From the IMG/VR virus record IMGVR_UViG_3300036829_000172, positions 126,195-190,194 of that record: a stretch of DNA of 64,000 nucleotides; one strand, 5' to 3'. The position numbers were made by a program, and so were the translations under genes. The first letter of the stretch is position 1, and every line of letters begins with the position of its first letter. This stretch comes from a virus (Duplodnaviria > Heunggongvirae > Uroviricota > Caudoviricetes). Below are positions 53,642 to 63,996 of the stretch, in pieces. Under the pieces are notes generated by a model. It was not told where the DNA came from. It did no database searches and worked only from the letters and a program-made list of their open reading frames with translations.

Positions 53642-54733
53642 ATGGCTTTAATCAAGAGGGTCGCACCACATGTAATGGACCTGCTTGTCCGCGCCCTCAC
53701 AATCCTAGGGATGATCGTCGTCGGGCGGGTGCTGATGCCGTACTTCGGTGTCGACGACGACTTCCCGATGCACCCCAAGGCCGTCGCGGCGGGCAACGCC
53801 GCGGTCGGGGCGTGGGTGCGGATGGGAGCCCACAGCATCGCGCACGGAATGAACGGATTCATCAGCGAAAAAGAAGCACGAATCTTCGCTACACCCGGAC
53901 AGATCAAACGGCTCCTACAGTGCGTCGTCACAGAGGGAGGCGTTGGTCTACTTGAACATGCCGAGCAAAACGGTGTGAAGGGCTACATATTCCACGACTG
54001 GACCCAGCCCGACGTCGACACCATCCGCAAGATACGCGAGGTCAGAGCTGCTGCGGGACGCAAAGGCGGGCTGGCCAGCGCTGCGGTACGAGCAGCCAGG
54101 AAGGGGGCTAACAGCAAAGAACCGGACGAAGCAAATGCTTCAGCAGATGCTTCAGCACGTGCTCAAGCAAACGGCCACCAAACGCTCAAGCAAACCGCAA
54201 GCAAAACTCAAGCACAGGAAGACAAAGACAAAGACATAGCTGTAGGTACTCACCTAGAGAGAGAGCGATCTGTAGGTAACGCGTGCGCGAGCAACGGACA
54301 CCCCGTCAAGTCCACCGCCCGCGAACCGATGTCGTACAACGCGATCCTCGGCGTCGAGGAACACCGACCCGACCCGCCGCCACCGGATCACCGGATCCCC
54401 GCCGAGGCGAAAGAAGTCATCCGCGCTGTGCTGCCCCGAGAGCTGTCGCACAAGATCCGGTGGGCCTGTGAGATCCAGGTCGCGACCCTGCTCAACCAGG
54501 GCATCGACCAGGCCGACGTCGAAGCCGCGCTGCAGGAGTGGTTCGAAACCGACGAGGACATGTACCCCGGCAACATCCCGTACGTGCACGCCAAGCAGCT
54601 GAAACGCCGCGACGCACCACCACCGTCGACACGCAAGCAGCAGCGCATCGAGCGCACACTGGCCAGAAAATCCACCGCCACCAACAATGCGTTTCCAGCT
54701 TTACCGCCAGCCGCGAGAAGGGAACTCGGATGA
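53642..54733 (+). CDS. hypothetical protein
   Basis: ORF. Confidence 0.65.
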   Translation: MALIKRVAPHVMDLLVRALTILGMIVVGRVLMPYFGVDDDFPMHPKAVAAGNAAVGAWVRMGAHSIAHGMNGFISEKEARIFATPGQIKRLLQCVVTEGGVGLLEHAEQNGVKGYIFHDWTQPDVDTIRKIREVRAAAGRKGGLASAAVRAARKGANSKEPDEANASADASARAQANGHQTLKQTASKTQAQEDKDKDIAVGTHLERERSVGNACASNGHPVKSTAREPMSYNAILGVEEHRPDPPPPDHRIPAEAKEVIRAVLPRELSHKIRWACEIQVATLLNQGIDQADVEAALQEWFETDEDMYPGNIPYVHAKQLKRRDAPPPSTRKQQRIERTLARKSTATNNAFPALPPAARRELG

Positions 54734-55575
54734 CGCGCGACGAAATGCTCGACCTGTACGCGCTGGTGCAAGCCAGCGACGGCCGCGAAGAGGCCACCGA
54801 CGCCGACGAACTCGTGTGGGCCCGCATCCTCGGGCAGCTGTCCGTCGATGACTGCGCAGACGCGATCATGGCGCATTTCCGGGAGCAGCCCAACGTGTGG
54901 CTGCAGCCCGGTCACATCCTGGCCCGGGTCCGCGCCAGACGCGCCGATGAGCTGGCGCGGATGGATCCCGATGAACGCGGCGCCGAGCTCGCGGCGACCC
55001 GCAACACGCGGCGCGACCGGCACGGCTACATCGACAAGTCGGCACCAGAGGACGACGAATACCCGCCCGAATGGACGGCGCAACAGCGGGTCGCCGCCAC
55101 CTGGCAGCGGATTCAGGAGCTACGCGACATGGCCGAGTACGAGCAGGCGATGAACCGGCCGGGCACGCTGTCGAGGAAACGGCCGGCCAGCGCCGCGCAG
55201 CGGGCCAAGGCGATGGCGGCGGTCGCGGCGCAGTACTCGTTCGACGACGTCGACGACGATGTGCCGTACGTGAATCCGCTGTCGGTGCGGTGCGAGTTTT
55301 GTCAGTCGCCAGAGGGAGAGCCGTGCACCATGGCCGGGATGCCGGGGCAGCCGCGGGAGAAGCGGCAGCGGGCGCATCCGGGCCGGCTGGAGGCGGCGGC
55401 GCGGGCCGCGGGGATGGATGAGCACATGGTGCGGACGATCGTTGATGCGTCGGCGAAGGCGGCCCTGAAGGATGCGCGTGAGCGGTGGCCGGTGGAAGAC
55501 GTGACGGGTCACCGCGAAACCGCGGCAGCGGGCGCTACGGCGCCAGGAATCGGCGCGCAGGCGGCTGCGCGGTGA
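54730..55575 (+). CDS. hypothetical protein
   Basis: ATGA overlap. Confidence 0.6.
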   Translation: MTRDEMLDLYALVQASDGREEATDADELVWARILGQLSVDDCADAIMAHFREQPNVWLQPGHILARVRARRADELARMDPDERGAELAATRNTRRDRHGYIDKSAPEDDEYPPEWTAQQRVAATWQRIQELRDMAEYEQAMNRPGTLSRKRPASAAQRAKAMAAVAAQYSFDDVDDDVPYVNPLSVRCEFCQSPEGEPCTMAGMPGQPREKRQRAHPGRLEAAARAAGMDEHMVRTIVDASAKAALKDARERWPVEDVTGHRETAAAGATAPGIGAQAAAR

Positions 55576-55868
55576 GTGTGAGGAACGGGTATCCCGACCG
55601 CGGCACACCCCAGTGCCCGTGCGGGTGCGTGAAGACGTGGGCCGACAAACACCACATGTGGGTTTGTCCCCATTGCGACCTTCAGGAAACAGGGCCGCGG
55701 CAAACTGTGCGACAAACTATTCGAAGCGGGGATGGTGATGAATTGCTGCGTGTGCATGAGGTTTTCCGGGCGAACGGAGATCTGCGCGCTGTGCGCGCGG
55801 ATGGTGTGGCCGCAGCGGGTGTGCCGCAACGTGACGGAGCTACCGAAACGGGCTCCGCCGGCCGCTGA
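55572..55868 (+). CDS. zinc-binding protein (CPCGC...CPHC)
   Basis: GTGA overlap. Confidence 0.45.
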   Translation: MSVRNGYPDRGTPQCPCGCVKTWADKHHMWVCPHCDLQETGPRQTVRQTIRSGDGDELLRVHEVFRANGDLRAVRADGVAAAGVPQRDGATETGSAGR

Positions 55869-55991
55869 GCTGCGCCGGTGACACGGGGCGTGTCGCCCGT
55901 ATCAGCGGTGAACAACCTGATGTGATGGGAAACGGAGGTCCCCCGTCGGACTGCGGCCCGGCGGGGTTGACCGCCACATGAGACGGCGGAT

Positions 55992-56123
55992 ATGAAACAG
56001 CTTGATGATCAGATGACGACGTTGATCGACGCGGCCCGGGTTCTGCAGTCGATGCAGTACGTGAATCTGGCGTTGTCGGTGCTCGATGTGGTCGATGAAA
56101 AGCTGAGGAAGCGGGAGCCATGA
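55992..56123 (+). CDS. 43-aa hypothetical protein
   Basis: short. Confidence 0.3.
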   Translation: MKQLDDQMTTLIDAARVLQSMQYVNLALSVLDVVDEKLRKREP

Positions 56124-56323
56124 GCGACTGGGGCGGTGAAACGGTGGGGGAGGGACTGCGGTGGGCCCCCGCCGACCACTACGACCAGGGGCTGGAAGTG
56201 CTGACGAACATGCCCGCGTCCGGCGGTGATCCACAGCTGCTGATGTTGGGGTGGTTTGAAGTGATCGGGCATGCGCTCCTGGGGTTGCTGCGGGCTGAGA
56301 TGGAGCGTGGTGGCGGTGGCTGA
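56120..56323 (+). CDS. hypothetical protein
   Basis: ORF. Confidence 0.5.
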   Translation: MSDWGGETVGEGLRWAPADHYDQGLEVLTNMPASGGDPQLLMLGWFEVIGHALLGLLRAEMERGGGG

Positions 56324-56648
56324 TCGTGAGCTGATCGTGGCGGTCACCGAGTTCGACCCGGAGCGGCGGCTGGTCCGCGGCCACGGTGAGGACGGCACCG
56401 GGTATGTGATGCATCTGCAGGCGGCTGACGCGGAGAAGCTGCTCGCCGACTTGACGAACCGGGGCCGCTGCCCGCGCTGTGACTTCGAGAACGCGGTCGC
56501 TGACGTGGTGTATGCCGGTAACTTCATCTGCGACCACTACTTGCCCGGGGAGCCGGGCCGGCTGTCGGAAACCGAAATCCGGATCGTTGAGGGCTGCCGG
56601 TCATGGTTGGCTGACGATGCGATCGAACGCTGCCTGGAGGACACCTGA
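56316..56648 (+). CDS. hypothetical protein
   Basis: GTG start. Confidence 0.5.
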   Translation: MADRELIVAVTEFDPERRLVRGHGEDGTGYVMHLQAADAEKLLADLTNRGRCPRCDFENAVADVVYAGNFICDHYLPGEPGRLSETEIRIVEGCRSWLADDAIERCLEDT

Positions 56649-56818
56649 TGGACGACAACAGCGGCTCCCTGGAGGCCGTTGAGATCGGTGACAAATGGGT
56701 GTGGGTCTACACCTCCCCCGGCGGTGCCTGCCATCAAGGCCCGCGGCATTACCGACGACGCGCTGACGCGCAGCGAGCTGGCAAGCAATGGCTACAGGTG
56801 CGAGGATCCCAGGGATGA
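56648..56818 (+). CDS. 56-aa hypothetical protein
   Basis: short. Confidence 0.3.
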   Translation: MDDNSGSLEAVEIGDKWVWVYTSPGGACHQGPRHYRRRADAQRAGKQWLQVRGSQG

Positions 56819-57036
56819 GCACGGCGCAGAAACTGTCCTGGGTGGCCACCGGACTATGTTGCCTCGCCGCGGTTCTGATGCCGATCGGATCGACGTGGCT
56901 GACGGTCGGGCTTATCGTCCCGGCGCTGGTGCTCATATACATCGGCCTGGTGCTGGTTCAGCGGGAATGCGACGACGTCGACGATGCCGCCGAATTGCAG
57001 GAACGCTGGCGCCGGCAACGGGACCGGTCACGATGA
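56815..57036 (+). CDS. two-TM membrane protein
   Basis: ORF trimmed. Confidence 0.45.
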   Translation: MSTAQKLSWVATGLCCLAAVLMPIGSTWLTVGLIVPALVLIYIGLVLVQRECDDVDDAAELQERWRRQRDRSR

Positions 57037-57215
57037 TCGACCGATTAGCGCCAGGCCCGATCTGGCTGGAATGCTACGACGAGAACGGCGAGCGGTATCT
57101 GGCGCCGGGCTGGCTGTCGCATCGCGACGTCGACGGCAGACCACTAACTTGTCTCGACGAACTGACGCCGGAGGAAGCCAGATGGGCAGGCTTCAAAGAC
57201 CCCGGAATCCGGTAG
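57033..57215 (+). CDS. 60-aa hypothetical protein
   Basis: ATGA overlap. Confidence 0.4.
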   Translation: MIDRLAPGPIWLECYDENGERYLAPGWLSHRDVDGRPLTCLDELTPEEARWAGFKDPGIR

Positions 57216-57236
57216 CGCGCTGATACATTCAACGTC

Positions 57237-57785
57237 ATGACGCTGTACTGCTACGACACCGAATTCCTCGAAGACGGTAAGACGATCGACCTGATCTCGA
57301 TCGGCATCGTCTGCGAGGACGGACGCGAATACTACGCAGTCAACGCCGACATGCCCCAGGACCGGATTCGTCAACACGACTGGCTGATGGAACATGTGGT
57401 GCCGTCGCTGCCCGGCACCGATGAGCCGTACCGCCTGGACGGCTACGGCGGCTGGAGATGGGTGCTTGACACCCGCGACACGGCGGTGAAACCGAAGCGG
57501 GTGATCGCCGACGAGGTCCGCGATTTCCTGCTCGCCGACGGTGCGCCGGAGTTGTGGGCCTACTACGGTGCCTACGACCATGTGGCGTTGGCCCAATTGT
57601 GGGGGCCGATGGTGTCGCTACCGGACGGGATCCCGATGTTCACCCACGATCTGGTGCAGCTGCTGGAGCAGGTCCAGGCCAGCGGCGTGGACGTCCGTGT
57701 CGGAAAAGGGCTGCCAGGTGAACACAACGCGCTCGCCGACGCGCGCTGGGACATGGACCTCTACCGGACCCTGGCCCGTGTCTAG
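57237..57785 (+). CDS. DnaQ-like DEDDh 3'-5' exonuclease (YDTEF; YGAYDH; HNALADA)
   Basis: Exo I/II/III motifs. Confidence 0.75.
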   Translation: MTLYCYDTEFLEDGKTIDLISIGIVCEDGREYYAVNADMPQDRIRQHDWLMEHVVPSLPGTDEPYRLDGYGGWRWVLDTRDTAVKPKRVIADEVRDFLLADGAPELWAYYGAYDHVALAQLWGPMVSLPDGIPMFTHDLVQLLEQVQASGVDVRVGKGLPGEHNALADARWDMDLYRTLARV

Positions 57786-57897
57786 GGCAGCGGCCGTATG
57801 CACGACGAAAACCGGTAAGCCGATCCACTCCTACACGGTGGAGCAGCGCGACGGGAAGCCCGTGCTGGTATGCCGGTGCGGCAAGGAGATGCGGTGA

Positions 57898-58344
57898 GTG
57901 AAGTGCCTGGTGTGTTTTGAAGAGGATGTCTCGGTGATCGACGGGCTGGTGGCCGAGCACCACTACCTGTGGCGCGGCGAGCAGCTGGTGTGCCCGACGT
58001 CGGGGCGTGAACCGTTCACATGGGATGAGCGCTCGACGAGGGCGGCGGTGCCGGGCCGCTCCGGTGGGCGCTGCGAGTTCTGCGGCGTGAAAGCCACCAG
58101 CATGCATCACCGGATCGCCGTCAGCCAGGGCGGTCGGTGGTCACCGGCGAACATCCTGCATCTATGCGGAGACGGCGTGCTCGGCTGCCACGGCTACTTC
58201 ACCCGGCATCCCACCCACGCCAAGAGGGTCGGCGTCAGCCTGCATCCCAGCCAGATCCCCGCGCAGGAGCCGGTACTGACCGAGTTCGGACAGTTGTGGC
58301 TCTCCGACGACATCGCAGCACCGTTCCCCGGCGGACTGCGGTGA
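57898..58344 (+). CDS. HNH endonuclease (CEFCG...HH...GG...N..HLC..CH)
   Basis: motif. Confidence 0.65.
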   Translation: MKCLVCFEEDVSVIDGLVAEHHYLWRGEQLVCPTSGREPFTWDERSTRAAVPGRSGGRCEFCGVKATSMHHRIAVSQGGRWSPANILHLCGDGVLGCHGYFTRHPTHAKRVGVSLHPSQIPAQEPVLTEFGQLWLSDDIAAPFPGGLR

Positions 58345-58868
58345 ACACGCCACGTCCAGCGCACCCGGTGACGCGCGAAAACCGCGCCGGAACCTACTGC
58401 GAGGAGTACGAGGAATACGGCTGCCCGGTCGACGTCTGCCCGACCGGCTGCTACCTGGCACTGGCACAACTGGAGAGGACTGCCGACATGAAACGCGAGA
58501 CGCTGCAGGCGGAGAAACGCGCCGCCAAAAGGCCCGGCTACCGCCCGAGCCTGCAGTTCACGCACGCGGTGATCGACAGTCACCTGCAGGCGTTGGATCT
58601 GATCGACGGCGGGACTACCGCCGCCAACCGGACCACCGAGATCCGCGCGGGGCTGGCTGACGTCACCGCTATCCTGCACGACATCCTCGACAACGTCCCG
58701 GCCGACCTGCAACCGGCGGTCGTGGACGGGAACCCACTAGTCGCCGATCTGAGCAGGGCCCTGTTCATGCTGGACCTGATCAGCCGCGAGATGCTGTCCA
58801 CCGACTACCGCAGATACTCCACCTGGGCGGATCAACAGCCGCGCATCGAGGAAGAGTTCAGTGCCTGA
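58341..58868 (+). CDS. hypothetical protein
   Basis: GTGA overlap. Confidence 0.55.
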   Translation: MNTPRPAHPVTRENRAGTYCEEYEEYGCPVDVCPTGCYLALAQLERTADMKRETLQAEKRAAKRPGYRPSLQFTHAVIDSHLQALDLIDGGTTAANRTTEIRAGLADVTAILHDILDNVPADLQPAVVDGNPLVADLSRALFMLDLISREMLSTDYRRYSTWADQQPRIEEEFSA

Positions 58869-59250
58869 GTCGCTGCACCCGGCGCTGGTCATTCGCGCGG
58901 TGTCGGATTATTTCGGGATCCCGATGGAACTGCTGATGGGCCGTCAACGCAGGATGCCGATCGTCCTGTACCGGCAGGTGGCGATGTATTTGAGCCGCCA
59001 GCTGTGCAGCGACTGGTCGCTGCCGATGCTCGGTCAGGTGTTCGGCCGTGACCACACCACCATCCTGTACGCCGACCGGAAGCTGTCGCAGACCCGCAGC
59101 GGCAGCGCGCTGGCCCGCGACATGGAAGCGATCGCGGCGTCGCTGCGTGACCCGGCGCTGGCCGCGAACGCCGAGACGACCATCAGTTGGCTGCAGTTCG
59201 CACGGATGCACGCCGACAAGTTCACCAGCCCTTACACCGTGCGTAGTTGA
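58861..59250 (+). CDS. DnaA C-terminal (domain IV) HTH-like protein (VSDYFGIPMELLMGRQRR...RQVAMYLSRQL...FGRDHTTILYADRKL)
   Basis: collinear with DnaA domain IV signature. Confidence 0.7.
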   Translation: MPESLHPALVIRAVSDYFGIPMELLMGRQRRMPIVLYRQVAMYLSRQLCSDWSLPMLGQVFGRDHTTILYADRKLSQTRSGSALARDMEAIAASLRDPALAANAETTISWLQFARMHADKFTSPYTVRS

Positions 59251-59281
59251 AAAGCAAGCCCGAATCGCCGACAATATAGTT

Positions 59282-59455
59282 ATGTCGCCTAGCGAGGCAT
59301 ACACCGACATCGTCGGCAGCATGACACGGCCATGGCCGCGGTCCTACGACGGCCGGATCGACAAGCACTGCCCCAACTGCGGAGCAGTGCCCTACGAGGT
59401 GTGCATGTACTCGCCGGCGCGTCCACGGCCCTGCCCGTGCGTCGCCCGTAGGTGA
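59282..59455 (+). CDS. 57-aa Cys-rich protein
   Basis: short ORF. Confidence 0.4.
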   Translation: MSPSEAYTDIVGSMTRPWPRSYDGRIDKHCPNCGAVPYEVCMYSPARPRPCPCVARR

Positions 59456-59718
59456 TCCCACAGCGCACTGATAAAATCGCGGCCATGGCAGGCAGAAGCG
59501 CACCCACGCCTGAGCTCGTCGAAGAATGGTCGAAACGGCTCGACGACGCGCGCCGCCAGTTTGAAGACGCCACAGCCGTGCGGCAGGAAAAAGTCGCCCA
59601 ATACAGGGGCACGATCCGCGGCGCGTTCGCAGCCGGCCTGTCCGTCACCCCGATCAAAGCCCGCACCGGCTACACCACCTCACGTCTGTACCAGATCAAA
59701 GCGGGCCGGCGCACCTAA
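59452..59718 (+). CDS. hypothetical protein
   Basis: GTGA overlap. Confidence 0.5.
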   Translation: MIPQRTDKIAAMAGRSAPTPELVEEWSKRLDDARRQFEDATAVRQEKVAQYRGTIRGAFAAGLSVTPIKARTGYTTSRLYQIKAGRRT

Positions 59719-59736
59719 AACCAGGAAGACGTTGTT

Positions 59737-60906
59737 GTGACCAGCATCGTCGTGCACCCGGCGATCACATCGGGGCAGTACATCGGTTCGCCGGTGCTGC
59801 TGCGGCCACCGTGGCGCTGGTGGCACACCCGTGCCTACCACAACTATGAGCACGGACATCTGTGTGCGCAGCAGTTCACCGGAGACATCTGGCGGCCTGC
59901 GCAGCAACAGGCAGAGCGGGACCGGGTCACGCTGACCTTCGGACGTGACTGGGATGTGGTCGTGTTGACCGACCCGCCGTCAATGCGTCTCCTGACGGTT
60001 GAGGAATGGCCAGATATGGCGTGGGGTGATCCGCTGCGGGATGTGCGGGGGCGGATGGAGCGGCGCTACATGGATGTGTCGGTGGTGTGGCATGAGTGCC
60101 CCGGCCCGGACTGGCATATCTTCGCTGGCGACATGCCATTTCCTCTTCCTACCTGCCGTCCCGGTGACTACCGGATAGATACCTGCGCCGGCGACCGTCA
60201 CGACCTGCTCAGGCAGCGTGAACAGCAGCGCCGCGACTTCGACAACCTCTTCTACGGCGACCCGAGCCGTACCCTGCAGTGGCCGCTGCACCCAACGATC
60301 CGCGACGGGCGCCGAATGCCGATCGACCTGTCGAACCTCTCAGATGTGCGCTGCCTGCAATGCCGCCGGTACATGCCAGCCTCGGACGTGTCGCGGGCGC
60401 TGCAGCTGCACCTGCAGGACGCCTACGGCGGCGTGCTCTGCGACGAGTGCGCCCACACGTTCCGGCGAGGCCACATGATGACGATCAACGAAATACGGAT
60501 GCGCGAAGGCCTGCCGCCGCTGCAACCGACCGACGACTTGTACGAGCAGCAGCACACCGTTCGGCCGCGGCCGCCTTATCCCGGTGCCGGCGGCGCCACT
60601 GAGGGCGTGCGGGATCCGCGGTGCCGCCCCGAACAGCACGTCCTCGACGACATCGAAGAACTAGTCAACGAAGAACTGACCCAGACCCCCAGCGGCTACG
60701 ACCACAACATCAACCAGGAACGCTGCCCGGTATGCGGCCGCAACTGGCACGGCCTGCCCGGCGACGGCAGATTCGACGTCATCGCGGAAGGCACCCCAGG
60801 CGCGGAGTCCTACCGCCCCGCCGGCAACGGCGGCGCGAAAGGCTGCCCAGGCGCGTTCGCTGACGACGAGGAAATCGCCGCGTGGCGGGCGCGCCGCACT
60901 GTTTAA
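59737..60906 (+). CDS. hypothetical protein, Cys/His-rich
   Basis: ORF. Confidence 0.65.
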   Translation: MTSIVVHPAITSGQYIGSPVLLRPPWRWWHTRAYHNYEHGHLCAQQFTGDIWRPAQQQAERDRVTLTFGRDWDVVVLTDPPSMRLLTVEEWPDMAWGDPLRDVRGRMERRYMDVSVVWHECPGPDWHIFAGDMPFPLPTCRPGDYRIDTCAGDRHDLLRQREQQRRDFDNLFYGDPSRTLQWPLHPTIRDGRRMPIDLSNLSDVRCLQCRRYMPASDVSRALQLHLQDAYGGVLCDECAHTFRRGHMMTINEIRMREGLPPLQPTDDLYEQQHTVRPRPPYPGAGGATEGVRDPRCRPEQHVLDDIEELVNEELTQTPSGYDHNINQERCPVCGRNWHGLPGDGRFDVIAEGTPGAESYRPAGNGGAKGCPGAFADDEEIAAWRARRTV

Positions 60907-60960
60907 GAACTTCTTGGCGATTTGGGACACACAGGGCTTGTCGACGTGACCTTATCGTGA

Positions 60961-61299
<339 letters not shown>

Positions 61300-61302
61300 C
61301 GG

Positions 61303-61818
61303 CTAGGGTGCGTCGGGGTCGGGGGCTTCCTGCCCGCCCGGCGGCTCACGGTTGTCCGGCCACTGGGCTATCGGGGTGTCCACGTACACCTTGACGCCGA
61401 TCTTCTCGAACTGCGTCTTGTAGTCGCGGACCCAGTTCTCCAGCCGGTCGATACGTTTACACTGCTCAGACGCGGAGTCTTCGAGGTCGGCTATCCGCGC
61501 GGCCTGGCGTCGGATGGTTCCGTCTTGCGCGGTGATCCGCTCGTCTTGACCGTCCATGATGATGCGTCGGCGTTCGATGTCCTTGTAGGCGGCGTCCAGC
61601 TCGGTGCGCAGCGCCCGCAACGCGATCTCGGCCGCCTCGTTTTTGATTTTGTCGCCCTCGGCGTTGAGTTTGTTGCGCTCGGCGCTGACCCGTTCCCGTT
61701 CGGCGTCGCGTTCCCGGCGGTCTTTGGTGGACCGCATCGCGGTGAACACGCCGGCCGACACCGACACCAGCGCGAGAAGACCGCTGATGTAGGTCAGGAA
61801 CATGCCGGCGTTACCCAT
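61303..61818 (-). CDS. membrane-anchored coiled-coil protein
   Basis: ORF, N-terminal TM. Confidence 0.6.
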   Translation of the reverse strand: MGNAGMFLTYISGLLALVSVSAGVFTAMRSTKDRRERDAERERVSAERNKLNAEGDKIKNEAAEIALRALRTELDAAYKDIERRRIIMDGQDERITAQDGTIRRQAARIADLEDSASEQCKRIDRLENWVRDYKTQFEKIGVKVYVDTPIAQWPDNREPPGGQEAPDPDAP

Positions 61819-62719
61819 GCTGTTCCCGCCGTGGGAGGGGGCCGATGCTGGTGGTGCCGGTCAACGCGGCGCGGTATCGGTCGGCTCTGACGGCCTGGCG
61901 GCGGTACAGCGCCCACTTGTAGAGCACGATCTGCAGGGCGCGGTGAAACGACGCGAACAGGAACCCCTCCGACAACGCCAGCCCGATGGTGGCGGTCGGC
62001 GCGTTGACTTGCCGCGACGCGAGGGCGATGTACACGATCAGCGTCAACGTCAGCGACGCGTAGCCGCACACCTCAAGCCACAAACCCTGCTCAACGTCCT
62101 TCAGGTGCAGACCGATCATCGTCACCGTCCCCCCGATCAGATTCGCGCCCGCGATCGAGAGCACCGCCCCCGGCTCCAGCTGCGCCTGCACGGTCGTCGG
62201 TGACACCCCGATCACCACCTGACTGATGCTGACCAGCATCAAGAAGGTGATCGGGTACATCTGAAAAGGGTGGCTGCCCCACCTCGCCCCGGTAAACACG
62301 CCGGCGTACAGGACGGCGCGGTGCCCGTAGAGCAGGGCGAGGAAAAACAGCAGCAGCGGCCAGAGCCCGGCCGAATGCACGGGGTCGACGTAGGTTTGTC
62401 TCGCCAACGCCAGGGTGAACGCCAAATACCACAGGAAACACAGAGTGGCCCCGACAATGATGACCGCGCCTCGGTGCTCGTGCCCGTAGGGCAGGAACGA
62501 CCCGACCGCGTAGACCGCGACAGCGACCAGCAGACTCCAGCTCCACGCGGCCTGCGAGTGCGGAATGGAACGCGCCACCGTGAACATCGGGTCGTGCCAC
62601 CACCAGCCGCGCGGCGACGGTATCGAGGCGGCGACCAGCAGGCCGAGGATGACGTTGAACCAGACGTGGACACGGTCGGCTGCGCGGGTCGCATCGCTGG
62701 TCAGCACATTGATCGGCAT
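61811..62719 (-). CDS. multipass integral membrane protein (>=7 TM)
   Basis: ORF. Confidence 0.65.
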   Translation of the reverse strand: MPINVLTSDATRAADRVHVWFNVILGLLVAASIPSPRGWWWHDPMFTVARSIPHSQAAWSWSLLVAVAVYAVGSFLPYGHEHRGAVIIVGATLCFLWYLAFTLALARQTYVDPVHSAGLWPLLLFFLALLYGHRAVLYAGVFTGARWGSHPFQMYPITFLMLVSISQVVIGVSPTTVQAQLEPGAVLSIAGANLIGGTVTMIGLHLKDVEQGLWLEVCGYASLTLTLIVYIALASRQVNAPTATIGLALSEGFLFASFHRALQIVLYKWALYRRQAVRADRYRAALTGTTSIGPLPRREQHG

Positions 62720-62767
62720 GGGCTCATCCTCGCTGCCGGTACCGGTGGTACCCGGTAAGACGCGCCA

Positions 62768-63001
62768 TCACATCTGCTCGGGGTGCGCCGCCAGCATCTC
62801 GACTTGCTCGGCTGCCCGCTTCAACGACTCGGCCGCCGCCACCTGCCGCGGGTTGGTGGCCACCTCGATCGCATTGTCGGCGGCGAGTTTGGCGGCCGCC
62901 ACGTACTGCAACACATGGTCGGTGTCGGCGTCGGTGACGGCGTGGATCAGCGCCTCGCTGGCGCTGCGCTGAAAACCCCGGAATTGAAGATCAGCAGTCA
63001 T
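62768..63001 (-). CDS. hypothetical helical protein
   Basis: ORF. Confidence 0.5.
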   Translation of the reverse strand: MTADLQFRGFQRSASEALIHAVTDADTDHVLQYVAAAKLAADNAIEVATNPRQVAAAESLKRAAEQVEMLAAHPEQM

Positions 63002-63996
63002 TCTTGCTCACCACCTCCCGGAGGCGGACCTGGAGGTGGACCCGTCGGATTCAGGAAGTCCAGCCCCGGCGGCGACGGCAGCGGCGGCAGCTGAGGCGCC
63101 GGTAAACCAGGAATCGAGATACCGGGAGGCGACACCGGGAACGGTCCGGTGTTGTACTGCTGCTCCGGGCTGAGCAACTGCGTACCCGGCGCGGCGTGTT
63201 GGCTGCCCGGCGGCGGCGGAGCTGCCGCGAGGTCACCGGACGGCGCTTGCGCTGTGCCGACTTGGGCGGGGTTACCGGTCGAGGCCTGCGCGAACGGGTC
63301 GGTGCCCGCGTTGTAGATCTCCTCAGTCACATTGTTGCCGTCGACGTAAGTGTCGTGCGACAGGCGCTGGTCGGGGATGTTGTGGTTGTTGTCGCGTGTG
63401 CTCACCTGCGCGACGGCGGCGGGCAGGTTGATCGGCTTGTTCGCCCCGCCGTAGCCGAAGAAATCGTTGGCATCGGTGCGGTTGGTGGACTTGGGGATCT
63501 GCGGCTCGTCCTGCGGCGCGGGGATCCCGAATCCGATGGCCGGCGGCATGAAATACGGGGCCAGCGGCGAGTTGACGAGGCCAGGCCCGTCGCCGGGTGT
63601 GCCGGCGTAGGCGTTGCCGTCGGTGATGACGTCGATGTTGGAGGGTGCCGGATTACCGGGGCCCCACGCCGCCGCGCCACCCTTGGCGACCACCAGCGCG
63701 CCGAGACTGAACCCTTCCACGGTGCAATGCACAGTGGGTGGGCAGTTGCCCGCCATCAACCGGGCAAGGTTTTGGGCTCCCTCGTCGGTGGACACCTGCG
63801 TGCTGTCGCTGCCGATGAACGGTCCCATCGAGGCGCTGTAGCAGTTCGGGATGATCTTGTCGGTGGCCGGGTTGATAGTGCCCCGGTCGATCTTGGTTTG
63901 AATCAGTCCTTGCGCACAGCTATCGCCCGCACCGCCGGTGCCGATATAGGTGTCGGCGTGCACAGTGTCGCCGCCCAATAACCAGGTCATCGTCAA
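62998..63996 (-). CDS. alpha/beta-hydrolase/cutinase-like serine esterase (GFSLGA nucleophile elbow, YIGTGG) with Pro-rich C-terminal region; start at the window edge
   Basis: GxSxG motif; upstream context truncated. Confidence 0.55.
   Translation of the reverse strand: MTMTWLLGGDTVHADTYIGTGGAGDSCAQGLIQTKIDRGTINPATDKIIPNCYSASMGPFIGSDSTQVSTDEGAQNLARLMAGNCPPTVHCTVEGFSLGALVVAKGGAAAWGPGNPAPSNIDVITDGNAYAGTPGDGPGLVNSPLAPYFMPPAIGFGIPAPQDEPQIPKSTNRTDANDFFGYGGANKPINLPAAVAQVSTRDNNHNIPDQRLSHDTYVDGNNVTEEIYNAGTDPFAQASTGNPAQVGTAQAPSGDLAAAPPPPGSQHAAPGTQLLSPEQQYNTGPFPVSPPGISIPGLPAPQLPPLPSPPGLDFLNPTGPPPGPPPGGGEQE

Noticed and set aside
57778-57897. 39-aa GTG-initiated ORF between the DnaQ-like exonuclease gene and HNH 57898
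   Set aside because: Too short, weak start. It fills the gap exactly, so it could be real. Left unannotated.
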